DNA of 64,000 nucleotides from Erysipelotrichaceae bacterium (GTDB lineage: Bacteria > Bacillota_I > Bacilli_A > RFN20 > CAG-826): positions 11,622 to 75,621 of the forward strand of contig CAVAGB010000008.1 in NCBI GenBank assembly GCA_963588055.1, written 5' to 3'. A model generated the notes under the pieces. That model saw only the letters and a program-made list of their open reading frames with translations, ran no database searches and was not told the DNA's origin. Shown here one piece after another: positions 17,062 to 25,735 of this stretch. A program made the translations under genes and the position numbers. Positions within the stretch are counted from its first letter, which is position 1. Every line of letters starts with the position of its first letter.

Positions 17062-17580
17062 AGCTTACCAAATATGTCGCCTGCATCTACGAAGGCTCGG
17101 CGGAAAGGGCCATCCTCGAGCTGCTTTTAGAGGCGAATAAGCTGATTTTCACCTGGGACGATCTTCTTGAAGGTGGAGTTGATCAAATGCCGAAGCGCGA
17201 AGAACTTCGAAGCGCAATACCTGCGCAAAGGGTTTCGCGACAAAATTACCGTCGTACGAGTGCTCGACTCAAGGAACGAGGTCTTCAAATTGAGCAAAGC
17301 CTATGAGCACAAAGTCGGGGTGATAAACATCGTCACCGCCCCGGAGATAGAGATGCTGATCATCCTCAGCGAAGGAAAATACGCGGAATACAAAAAATCA
17401 GGGAAGAAGCCAAGCGATTTCTGTAAAGAAAGCCTGAGGTTAGGAGCGGTCAAAAATTACGCTTTCGTGAAAGGCTATTTCTCGAATATCGAACGTTTGA
17501 TGTTCTCAATCAACGAGTACCAACGAATTTCTAAGATCCCCCAAGGGGAATATACGCTCAAAGACATCATCAGGAAATAG
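17058..17580 (+). pseudogene. RloB/AbiLii-like small Toprim-type partner, split by a +1 frameshift near 17160-17175
   Basis: Frame A (17058-) gives MKLTKYVACIYEGSAERAILELLL...TWDDLLEG and then junk. Frame B (open from 17146) gives ELIKCRSAKNFEAQYL...VRVLDSRNE...IVTAPEIEMLIILSEGKY, where EG-x2-E and PEIEML resemble RloB motifs. Removing one G in GGTGGAG restores a roughly 174-aa protein. Confidence 0.55.
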
Positions 17581-17605
17581 ATTCGACCGTGCGGAAACGC
17601 ACCGA

Positions 17606-19396
17606 TCAAAGGCGCTTCAAGTATTCGGATACGTTGAGATACTGCACCCCATTCCTAATTGTCGTATCTTCGCCGCGATACAAAACGAACTTGCCGACGA
17701 TTCTGCCGAATGACCTCTCCACCTCTCGGCAGCGCTTCTCGTTGACGATGTGCCGATACTGATTGGGGTCCTGCGCTTTGCTGTGCTTAATCTCATAGAT
17801 ATTGCACTCATATGTGGACTTATCCATGGTGACCATATCGAACTCCCCATCAATGAACTCTAGTTTGAACACCTCGTGAGTCTTTTTCAGTTTTCGCATC
17901 GTCTCGTATAAAACAATCTCCTCCAGCATGCCACCTTTCACCCCATCTAAGATCTTCTCGCAGACATAATCCTTCTCTTTTTCGCTCAGGGTCGAAAAAA
18001 GCCTGTCTTTCTTCAAAGAGAAGACCAAAGCTTCGGCTTGGCAGTACCTCATGCCGGGTTGAGTAAAAAGGACGTTCTCATCGCCTTCGCTTTCTTTCGC
18101 CCCCAAATACCGCACAGGGCATTTTTTAATCAGCTCAAGCGCTTGGAGGTATTCTTTGATCTCCCGAACGTGCTCTTCGCTTAAAGGAACGCTTAGCCCG
18201 CTTTCGTTTTTGATTTCAAGAATCTCCATCAAACGCTTGACCACGGCCTCTTCGTCGATGCTCTCCAAGGCTTTCGATCTCAGATTTGGGTCTCTCTCCT
18301 TAAGGAGGTTTTTCTTCGCCAAGCCTAGGTCATGCGACCTGAAATCCTCCTCCAGCACGCTGACGAGGAAACGGTGATTAAGGTCTTCAATGATGCGGTT
18401 TATCGCGCTAGTGAGCTCCCCGGCCTCATAAAGCTCGGAAAGCTTTCTGAAATGCGAGCCTCCCTCAAAGCACTTGAGGCTGTGCTGGATGTTACCGCAG
18501 ATTGAAGTATCGATGTATCTCCGCGTGCTTTCGTCGTCGCGGAAAGAAATGGATTCGTCCTTCAGCTCCTCATCGTCGAAGTCGTTTTCTCCTGCCCTTA
18601 AAGTTCCCCCGTAACGAATGTAGGCATCGATGTCATCGGTCCCTAGAAGACGGGAATGCTCCGCGAAGGGAATCCAAGTCGTATGGATGAGGCAAGAACG
18701 GTCATAGAGCTCGTTTCTGCTCGCGAGATAAATGCCCAAGGAGTCAGTGCTGGAAAGGACGATTCTCATTCCCATCGCCGCGTAGATGTCAGAAAGGAGT
18801 GAGGAGGTGTCGATGAAATCATCCATCAAAGTGGCTTCGTCAATGAAGACGTATCTATATCCAAGCTGACTCAGCTTCTGAAGGTCGGAGTCGAGCATCG
18901 CCATCCTTTCTCCTCTTCTCATCTTGATATAGGCCGACTTGGCGAAATCAGAAGGTTTCATGTCCGCGATCGCCTGCAAAAGCAAAGTGGTCTTGCCCGT
19001 TCTACGGAGGCCATAGACGGAGCAGACCCTTGGCGAAGAGGGGCCGAAGATAAACTCTTGCAAGGCTTTGTAGCAATCGCGCTTTTGAAACGTTTTGGTA
19101 GGAAGGACCAATTGTTTCAGCGCAGCGCCGCGGATGACCTTCGTCTCAAACGTTTCCGAAAGTTCGACGGCGCAAGTTAATTTCAAGGCCTTCAATTCCT
19201 TTTCCAATTCCCTCCTCTTTTTCACATCCTTCTCAATCTGTTCGAAATCTTCGTCTGGGATGTAGCGGCTCTTCGTTTTCCCTTGCTCGCTCCATTGCAG
19301 ATAATGGCGAACCTTCCCGCTTATCTTCTTCTCCGAAATGCAGCCTTTCGGAAGGACCGCTATCTGCTTTCTCAGTTCCTCAATCGTTTTCTTCAT
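17606..19396 (-). CDS. large AAA-type ATPase, paralog 5 (N-terminal extension, C-terminal D..E-x-K-like motif)
   Basis: TTG 19423 replaced by ATG 19396 (MKKTIEEL). Walker A GLRRTGKTT, Walker B YVFIDEAT, C-terminal GEFDMVTMDKSTYECNIYEIKHS. Confidence 0.65.
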   Translation of the reverse strand: MKKTIEELRKQIAVLPKGCISEKKISGKVRHYLQWSEQGKTKSRYIPDEDFEQIEKDVKKRRELEKELKALKLTCAVELSETFETKVIRGAALKQLVLPTKTFQKRDCYKALQEFIFGPSSPRVCSVYGLRRTGKTTLLLQAIADMKPSDFAKSAYIKMRRGERMAMLDSDLQKLSQLGYRYVFIDEATLMDDFIDTSSLLSDIYAAMGMRIVLSSTDSLGIYLASRNELYDRSCLIHTTWIPFAEHSRLLGTDDIDAYIRYGGTLRAGENDFDDEELKDESISFRDDESTRRYIDTSICGNIQHSLKCFEGGSHFRKLSELYEAGELTSAINRIIEDLNHRFLVSVLEEDFRSHDLGLAKKNLLKERDPNLRSKALESIDEEAVVKRLMEILEIKNESGLSVPLSEEHVREIKEYLQALELIKKCPVRYLGAKESEGDENVLFTQPGMRYCQAEALVFSLKKDRLFSTLSEKEKDYVCEKILDGVKGGMLEEIVLYETMRKLKKTHEVFKLEFIDGEFDMVTMDKSTYECNIYEIKHSKAQDPNQYRHIVNEKRCREVERSFGRIVGKFVLYRGEDTTIRNGVQYLNVSEYLKRL

Positions 19397-19414
19397 TGCG
19401 TTCGTTATCTTTCT

Positions 19415-19444
19415 TATAACCAATTATAACCAATTATAACCAAT
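19415..19444. repeat. perfect 3 x 10-bp tandem repeat TATAACCAAT
   Basis: Read directly. Lies 19-48 nt upstream of ATG 19396 on the minus strand. Confidence 0.95.
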
Positions 19445-19642
19445 TTCCTATATGAGGGACTTAAACCGTTTCGGAAGAGGAGCTTACGATGGCATAGATT
19501 CGGCGCAAAACAAAGGCGATTCCTAATTAGAAGATATTCCAGCGGCCTTTTGCGGGTTTTTCTCAAAAAGCAGCGCCGACACGCAGGGAAGATACCAAAA
19601 AAACGATATTCAAAAACCGCTTCTATGCAATAATAAAGCAAT

Positions 19643-20404
19643 ATGAAAGAGAAGCGGATCATCGCCATAGGAGACTCATTCCTCTATCTCGACTCCCACC
19701 CAGAGGAAACCGGCTACCGCCTTTCCCGCGGGCTCCCAACTCGTCTGGGCTACCATCTGCCTGGCTATAGCATCGTAAACCTAGGCATTAAAGACGCGAC
19801 GACCTCCACTTGGCTAGAGGCCTCGCTAGAAAAAGGGGACGCCTATCTCATCTTGCTTGGAGGCAACGACTGGGAAGCCCCCCTTCCAATTGGATCTAAA
19901 CAAGATTACCTCTCCCGCGCCCAAGGCACGATCCTTGGTAACCTAGGATATCTGATCGGGCGGATCAAGGCCTTATCTCCGAAATCCCTCATCTTCCTTT
20001 GCAATCCTTTGGAAAGAGGCGACTATGTGTCGATCAATGACCCCTCAGAATACTCCAAAGGAAGCTACGAACCCAGGAACGGGCGCACGATGAGCGACAT
20101 CGCAAACGCGATCTTCTTCGAAGCCAGGGAGAGTGGGGTCATCAACATCAACACCCACGACAAAGCCGGCTTCACCTGCCTCAACGCGGTCAAGTTCAAA
20201 CGCTGCTACCTCCATGGCAAATTGGTCGACCTCCCCTACCCCAACTACCGTCAAGGACTCTACGATCCGGAGGCGAGCGTTTACCCCTACCCGAAAGAAG
20301 CCGCCTACATGACTTACGACGGTTTGCACCCCAGCGATTTAGGCGCGGAAAAACTCGCCGAATTGATCGCTGAGGAAATGAAGCCGTATCTCAAGAAAGA
20401 CTAG
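19643..20404 (+). CDS. SGNH/GDSL-family hydrolase
   Basis: IIAIGDSFLY (GDS block), LLGGNDW, YDGLHPSDLG (DxxH block). Confidence 0.7.
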   Translation: MKEKRIIAIGDSFLYLDSHPEETGYRLSRGLPTRLGYHLPGYSIVNLGIKDATTSTWLEASLEKGDAYLILLGGNDWEAPLPIGSKQDYLSRAQGTILGNLGYLIGRIKALSPKSLIFLCNPLERGDYVSINDPSEYSKGSYEPRNGRTMSDIANAIFFEARESGVININTHDKAGFTCLNAVKFKRCYLHGKLVDLPYPNYRQGLYDPEASVYPYPKEAAYMTYDGLHPSDLGAEKLAELIAEEMKPYLKKD

Positions 20405-20413
20405 AAGGGATTC

Positions 20414-21238
20414 TTATTCGAAGATCAGAACGTCGTGGTAACTCGCGACGTCTTTTGCTTTCTGGCAGGAATCCCTGTCCCCCAGTTCAAGCGGCATGCC
20501 TTTATAAGGGGAAAGCCCATACCACGATTCAAGGCAAAAGAAGTCGTTTTTGCGGGGTTTTTGAGGCGTCCATAAAGCAAAATAGGGGCAAGAAGAGAGC
20601 AGGGTGATCCTTCTGCCTTTGCCATTTCTTAGGCTCACTTTTCCTTTGGGGTTAGTGACAACCAAGGTATCTCTTTTCTCGATGAAGGGGCGGTCGATCT
20701 TCCAATGGTTAGGATGAGGCCATGCAATGCGCCTTTCTACGATGCCATCCTCTAACTCAAGAAGGATCGTTCCCTCTTCGATGTCTAAGCAAGCATCGGA
20801 GAAGTCGCAGACGAAAGCGGGGTGCAACCCGTATTGGAAAGGCATCTCCTTATGGCTTAGGGAAAACACCTCCGCGTCACGGACGATCTTGTTCTCTTCC
20901 AAACGCGTGGTAACGCGAATCTCGCAGTCGAATGGATAGGCTTTGTCCGCAGGATGGCTCAAAGATAGGGTGATGCTTTCAGGGGTTTGTTCAAGGCGAA
21001 CGAACTCGGCGTAGCGAGCGAAGCCATGATGCCCTTCTATGTAATGGGAATGGCCGTCGATAGAGAAGGCGCGGTTGTCTCCGATGATGGGGAAAAGGAC
21101 GTGGTCGCTATACCCCCATTCGCCCTTCCCGTCGTAGAGGACGTCTTGATTCGCCTTTTTGAGATAGACCCGCTTAAGTTCGCAGCCGGTCGAGGCAATG
21201 TCCACTGCAAGGTCATCGTTTTCTATATGGAACATCAT
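20414..21238 (-). CDS. aldose 1-epimerase (galactose mutarotase) family protein
   Basis: ORF-track ORF trimmed to ATGATG at 21238, with GGAGTGA SD. Motifs LFPIIG...HGFAR...YGLHPAF. Confidence 0.65.
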   Translation of the reverse strand: MMFHIENDDLAVDIASTGCELKRVYLKKANQDVLYDGKGEWGYSDHVLFPIIGDNRAFSIDGHSHYIEGHHGFARYAEFVRLEQTPESITLSLSHPADKAYPFDCEIRVTTRLEENKIVRDAEVFSLSHKEMPFQYGLHPAFVCDFSDACLDIEEGTILLELEDGIVERRIAWPHPNHWKIDRPFIEKRDTLVVTNPKGKVSLRNGKGRRITLLSSCPYFALWTPQKPRKNDFFCLESWYGLSPYKGMPLELGDRDSCQKAKDVASYHDVLIFE

Positions 21239-21243
21239 GGGGC

Positions 21244-21948
21244 TCACTCCTTTTTGAAATCCTCTTGGACCTTCTTCTCCACTTCCGAGCATATCACCTG
21301 CAAGGAGCAGGAATGGCAGTCCATCTTCACCTTGTTCGTGAGGTGGTCGAGGGCTTTGGTGATGTTCTCGCATTTTGTGACAATCTCCCTTAGCCCGGCG
21401 TAATCGTAATCGTCAAGGGTCGCGAAGATGACCTTCACGTTCTTGACGAAAGGCAGCTCCTTATGCTTCTTGATGACGTAGCTGCCCAGTTTGGAGAAAT
21501 CGAATCCGTCTTTCTTCAATGCGTCTTTGGAAACCAAAAGGCTCTCTTTCTTGTTGAAGACGGATTCTCTCACCATCACCCCGCTGTAGGCGAAATGGTA
21601 TTTCACGTAATCGAATTTGCGGATGGAATTATAGAGGGCGTTGCCGGAGCCTATTTGAGTGGTATCCACGCTAGCGAGGGTGATTCGCGCGTAATTTGCG
21701 GGCTTTTTGATGGAAGGGATATCCTCTCCAAGCAAAACGATCCCATCCTCGAAAGGCGCGTCCAAAAGCAAATCAAGGGCGATTCCTTGATAAGGATTCG
21801 CCCCTAATTCGAAGGCCTTGTCGCTAGCGAAGATGAATTGGTTCGGGTTCTCTAGGAACTCACTCTTCAGCTCGACATCGAGCCTTTTTGCTTCGTATTT
21901 CTTGTTGATCTCGTCCACTCTCGCGGCGAGGTCATCGAAGATGAACAT
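21244..21948 (-). CDS. uncharacterised protein with C-terminal 4-Cys motif; possible acetyl-CoA-synthase-beta-like fragment
   Basis: 234 aa. The block FAYSGVMVRES...LLVSKDALKKDGFDF...VKNVKVIFAT recalls, from memory, the GVMH-GQR...SK-A-KGF block of CdhC/AcsB. C-terminus is C-x19-C-x2-C-x6-C (MDCHSCSLQVIC). Needs an HMM check. Confidence 0.35.
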   Translation of the reverse strand: MFIFDDLAARVDEINKKYEAKRLDVELKSEFLENPNQFIFASDKAFELGANPYQGIALDLLLDAPFEDGIVLLGEDIPSIKKPANYARITLASVDTTQIGSGNALYNSIRKFDYVKYHFAYSGVMVRESVFNKKESLLVSKDALKKDGFDFSKLGSYVIKKHKELPFVKNVKVIFATLDDYDYAGLREIVTKCENITKALDHLTNKVKMDCHSCSLQVICSEVEKKVQEDFKKE

Positions 21949-21950
21949 AC

Positions 21951-22169
21951 CTAGATCTTGCGGTTTCTCTCAATCTTGTCGTAATGCTTCTGCAGCACCC
22001 CTTCCAGCGAAGAGGTGAGCTTCATGTCGAGGTTGAAGAAATAGACGATGAAGAGAAGGCCGAAGAGGGCGATGATGGCCCCGACGACCGTGCAGACGAT
22101 GCTGACCCAAAGCCAAACCCCGAGAGAGGGGAAGAGGGTCCAACTGAGAACAATCAAAGCGGTGCCCAT
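21951..22169 (-). CDS. 72-aa two-TM membrane peptide
   Basis: Abuts both neighbours with 0-2 nt gaps. Hydrophobic MGTALIVLSWTLFPSLGVWLWVSIVCTVVGAIIALFGLLFIVYFF. Confidence 0.5.
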   Translation of the reverse strand: MGTALIVLSWTLFPSLGVWLWVSIVCTVVGAIIALFGLLFIVYFFNLDMKLTSSLEGVLQKHYDKIERNRKI

Positions 22170-22970
22170 TTATCTGCCCTCCGCGAGGCCTTTTTGCCTG
22201 GCAAACTCAGCAGCGCCCAAAGCGCCCATCAGCTGCGGATCGATAGAGAGGTTGACTACCTTAAGGTGCAAGACCTTCTCGATCGCGTCTTTTAAGCCCG
22301 CGTTCTTCGCGCAGCCGCCCGTGAGGGTGATGCTGTCGGTCGCGCCGGCTTTCTTGGCCATGACGAAGCAGCGTTTGGCCACCGAGAACTCGATGCCCGC
22401 GGCGATCTCGTCCATCGGCTTGCCTTCTCCGACGAGGGAGATGACCTCCGATTCGGCGAAGACGGTGCACTGAGCGGTGATCGGGATGATGTTCTTCGCG
22501 CTGAGGGAGAGATTGGAGAAGGTATCAAGATCCATCTCGAAGGCTCTGGCCATCGCCTCGAAGAACCTGCCGGTTCCAGCGGCGCATTTGTCGTTCATCG
22601 CGAAGTTGAGGACGGTGCCGTCTTTATCCACGGCGATCCCTTTGACGTCCTGCCCGCCGATGTCGATGATGGCTTTGACGCTAGGGTCGGTGACGTGGAC
22701 GCCCATCGCGTGGCAAGAGATCTCCGAGATGTTCTCGTCCGCGAAGGGGACTTTGTTCCTGCCATACCCCGTGCCGACGAGGTAGGAAAGGTCTTTGGGG
22801 TCCTTGAGCTCAGGGACCTGGGCGATCGCCTGGTCCAAGGACTCTTGGGCGCTTAAGACGGAGTTGATGCGGCTTCTGAGGGTCACGTTGGCGACCATCT
22901 TGCCGTTTTCGTCGATAATCACGCACTTCGTGTAAGTGCTGCCGGAATCGCATCCACCAAAATACTTCAT
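22170..22970 (-). CDS. HgdC/BcrAD_BadFG-type ATP-dependent activase (CoA-substrate-specific enzyme activase)
   Basis: GCDSGSTYTKCVII, NDKCAAGTGRF, TAQCTVFAESEV, LTGGCAKN. Confidence 0.85.
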   Translation of the reverse strand: MKYFGGCDSGSTYTKCVIIDENGKMVANVTLRSRINSVLSAQESLDQAIAQVPELKDPKDLSYLVGTGYGRNKVPFADENISEISCHAMGVHVTDPSVKAIIDIGGQDVKGIAVDKDGTVLNFAMNDKCAAGTGRFFEAMARAFEMDLDTFSNLSLSAKNIIPITAQCTVFAESEVISLVGEGKPMDEIAAGIEFSVAKRCFVMAKKAGATDSITLTGGCAKNAGLKDAIEKVLHLKVVNLSIDPQLMGALGAAEFARQKGLAEGR

Positions 22971-22985
22971 AATTCTTTTATCTCC

Positions 22986-24533
22986 TTACCATGATTTGGC
23001 ATCATCAATCACTTCTAGGCTCGGGTCGACGGGCTCTTCCCGCATGACCGAGCGCATATATCTATTCACGTCGTCTCTGATTGATTGCTTGGAGATGACG
23101 CGGGGATCCATCAGGTCGTGGTTGACCCAGATGAGCTTGATTCCATGCTCCCTGGCCCTTTCCTCGAACATACCGTGCATGCCGGCGAGGGCTTTGCAGG
23201 AGATATGCTCCCAAAGGATGACGATGTCGGCGTGGTATTCCTCGCAGAACCTCCAGAGGTCATCAAGGAGGACTTCGTAACCGCCGTGGGTCCTATTCCT
23301 CATGATCATCTCCTGGTAGAGCTTGGCGATGTCGTAGATCGCCTGCTCTGGATCATCCTCTGAGATCTCATCGAAATAGACGAGGGAGAGCATATCCACG
23401 AGAGGGAGGATTCCCCAGCAGTTCTGCAGCCAGGGGAGGAAATCGGTGTAGAACTGCGACTGAACGCCCCAGATGATGGCCCTGTGGCGGGTCTCTTTGC
23501 AGACTTTGGCCTTCCTCTTGAAGGCTTTCTCGGCGAGTTTGGTGATCTTCCTGTCGGCTTTGACGAAGTCGTCGCTTCTTCCGGCGACGGCCATGTAGGT
23601 GGTCTCGGCGTAGAGGGCGAGGTTCGCGCCGAAGACCTGGGGATTGTCGGTCTTCGACATCTCCATCCAGGATTTGCGGAGCCTATTCTCCTCATTGAAG
23701 CGCTTGGCGCACTTGAAGTAATGGTCCCAGTCCCATTTCTGGCCGGTCTTCTCTTCGATGAATTTGATGGCGTTCCTGACTTCCTGGGCCGCGTAATCCT
23801 GCACGCCTTCTTCGGTGTGCCTAAGCGGAGCGGCGATTTGGAAGGTCGGGATGCCGAATTCCTCGTATTTCTTGCTCATGATGCCGTTGCCCATCAGCGA
23901 GCCGTCGCAAGTGGTGTTGCATTGGATCGCGCAGGCTCCATAAATCGGCATGTCCTCATCCACGGCCGCGCCGGCTTCGGCGGCAGGCATTGGGCAGACA
24001 TCTCCCGGAATGCCCATCTCCTGAAGGACGTCGAGGTAATGGGTGACCGCGCCGCCGTTAAGAAGGACGGAGACGTAGATGGCCGCGGTTTCCCAGCTGA
24101 CCGCGTAAAGATTGGGGAAGCCGCACATGATGTGGAACATCTCGTTCTCGTCCAGCACGACGACTTTCTTGGAGAATTTCTTGTTGTTGCCGCATCTTTT
24201 GTCCGCTTTGAAGACCCTGCCGAGGAGCTGAGCGACGTCCAAAGCGACGAGGTCGTATTCGGTGTGGGCGATGCGGAGGGCCTCTTTCCTAAGCCCCGTG
24301 GTGTGCTTATCGATCATCATCGGGACGGCGAGGTAGTTGCACATCCAGCGGTAGCGGAAGAATCCTTTGAGATTGGTGGGCTTGACGATGAACTTCGCAA
24401 GCATCCACATGATCTTGAGCCAGCAGCGGAAATCGTAGAGGGTGTCGATCAGACCCCTCCATTCCCTTCTCTTCCTGACCCTTTTGCCGTTATAGAGCTT
24501 GCCTAACGGCTCGGAACCGACTTTGCTTCCCAT
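22986..24533 (-). CDS. 2-hydroxyacyl-CoA dehydratase / benzoyl-CoA reductase family subunit (large)
   Basis: 515 aa, Cys-rich (CPMPAAEAG, ACAIQCNTTCDG), C-terminal HISCKALAG block. Start overlaps the upstream stop by 1 nt. Confidence 0.7.
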   Translation of the reverse strand: MGSKVGSEPLGKLYNGKRVRKRREWRGLIDTLYDFRCWLKIMWMLAKFIVKPTNLKGFFRYRWMCNYLAVPMMIDKHTTGLRKEALRIAHTEYDLVALDVAQLLGRVFKADKRCGNNKKFSKKVVVLDENEMFHIMCGFPNLYAVSWETAAIYVSVLLNGGAVTHYLDVLQEMGIPGDVCPMPAAEAGAAVDEDMPIYGACAIQCNTTCDGSLMGNGIMSKKYEEFGIPTFQIAAPLRHTEEGVQDYAAQEVRNAIKFIEEKTGQKWDWDHYFKCAKRFNEENRLRKSWMEMSKTDNPQVFGANLALYAETTYMAVAGRSDDFVKADRKITKLAEKAFKRKAKVCKETRHRAIIWGVQSQFYTDFLPWLQNCWGILPLVDMLSLVYFDEISEDDPEQAIYDIAKLYQEMIMRNRTHGGYEVLLDDLWRFCEEYHADIVILWEHISCKALAGMHGMFEERAREHGIKLIWVNHDLMDPRVISKQSIRDDVNRYMRSVMREEPVDPSLEVIDDAKSW

Positions 24534-25723
24534 TATTTGTTGCCTCCTTGGATCTTCTTGATCTCGATGCTCTCGACGAAGGCCTGGACCCTGGTGCGGA
24601 TCTGGCCTGAGGTGCCCACCGCGTAGGGGCGGTCGATCGAGAGGACGGGGTAATCGTAATCGTCCCTCAGCATATGGGTGCCGGTCATGCGCTCATAGGC
24701 CCAGGGGTCGCAGAACTTCATCTGCTCGTAGATGATGCCGTCGGCCTTGTACTCTTTCGCCAAAGCGTTCACGTATTCCTTCCTCCTCTTGAATTTGGGG
24801 AGGTTCATGTGGCGAGGGCACATGCACGAATGCATGTATTGGGCGCAGATCTGGGTGAGGACGTCTTCCTTGTCGTTGAGGACGATCTCCTGCCTGCCGG
24901 GCAAAGAGCCGAAGCAATAGCGATCGGCGACGACCCTCGCGCCGCTCTCCTCGATGAGCTTGATCATGTCGACGTCGTCGACCTCCGATCCCACGACGAG
25001 GACCCTCGCGCGGAATTTCTTCTTCTCATCGGGCACCCTGTTCTTCACTTCCTCGAGGGTCTCCTCGAGCTTGTCTAGCAATAGGTGATGGGGGCAGACG
25101 TAGGTGCACATCGTGATGATGTGGAACTCGTATCCGGTGATGCGGGGGTTGTCCTCTTTCCTGAATTCGCCTAACTCGGTGATGAGGCGGCAGAGCTTGT
25201 TGTGCTCCTCCACCGCTTCTTTGATGGCTTTGTCGGAGGTATCGATGCCGAAGTGCTCATGCAGGGGATCGAGGATCTTCTTACGGCATTCCCTCACGTA
25301 GAGGTCAAGCCCGTTGTCGTCGTCTTTCATCGGGACCTCAAGGTACTGGTAGAAGAAGCCTTCGTTAGGGATGGTCTTGAGCAGTTCCATGTTCTCGACG
25401 CAGCGGTTGATCATCGTGCAGCCATCGGGGGTGAGGAGGCAATCGAGGAACTGATAGCCGCCTTCGATGGCCCTTTCTAGCAATGCGCGTGAATACTCGC
25501 AAAGGAAGGAGGTCATGTAATAGGTGCCCATTTCCATCGAGCCGGTGCGGGGCGCCCTTAGGCGCGCGGAGAAGCAGCCTTTGAGGTTGCAAAGGACCTC
25601 GGGGATCTGGTAGCAGGTGCTGCCGACGCACTTAAGCCCGTCTTCCCTGGCCTTCCTTACTAGCTCGTTGTTGGCGTCTTCTAGTAATTTCTCGAAGTAG
25701 TACAAATGCTTTAGGTCTTTCAT
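24533..25723 (-). CDS. 2-hydroxyacyl-CoA dehydratase family subunit (small)
   Basis: 396 aa. CVGSTCYQIPE, TPDGCTMINRC, RYCFGS, MKFCDPWAYE. Confidence 0.7.
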   Translation of the reverse strand: MKDLKHLYYFEKLLEDANNELVRKAREDGLKCVGSTCYQIPEVLCNLKGCFSARLRAPRTGSMEMGTYYMTSFLCEYSRALLERAIEGGYQFLDCLLTPDGCTMINRCVENMELLKTIPNEGFFYQYLEVPMKDDDNGLDLYVRECRKKILDPLHEHFGIDTSDKAIKEAVEEHNKLCRLITELGEFRKEDNPRITGYEFHIITMCTYVCPHHLLLDKLEETLEEVKNRVPDEKKKFRARVLVVGSEVDDVDMIKLIEESGARVVADRYCFGSLPGRQEIVLNDKEDVLTQICAQYMHSCMCPRHMNLPKFKRRKEYVNALAKEYKADGIIYEQMKFCDPWAYERMTGTHMLRDDYDYPVLSIDRPYAVGTSGQIRTRVQAFVESIEIKKIQGGNK

Positions 25724-25735
25724 GAAGCCTCCTTT

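Noticed and set aside
23484-24506. 340-aa plus-strand ORF inside the dehydratase large subunit
   Set aside because: Shadow ORF: G/D/E/V/H-rich, no motif, no SD, and fully contained in a conserved minus-strand gene.
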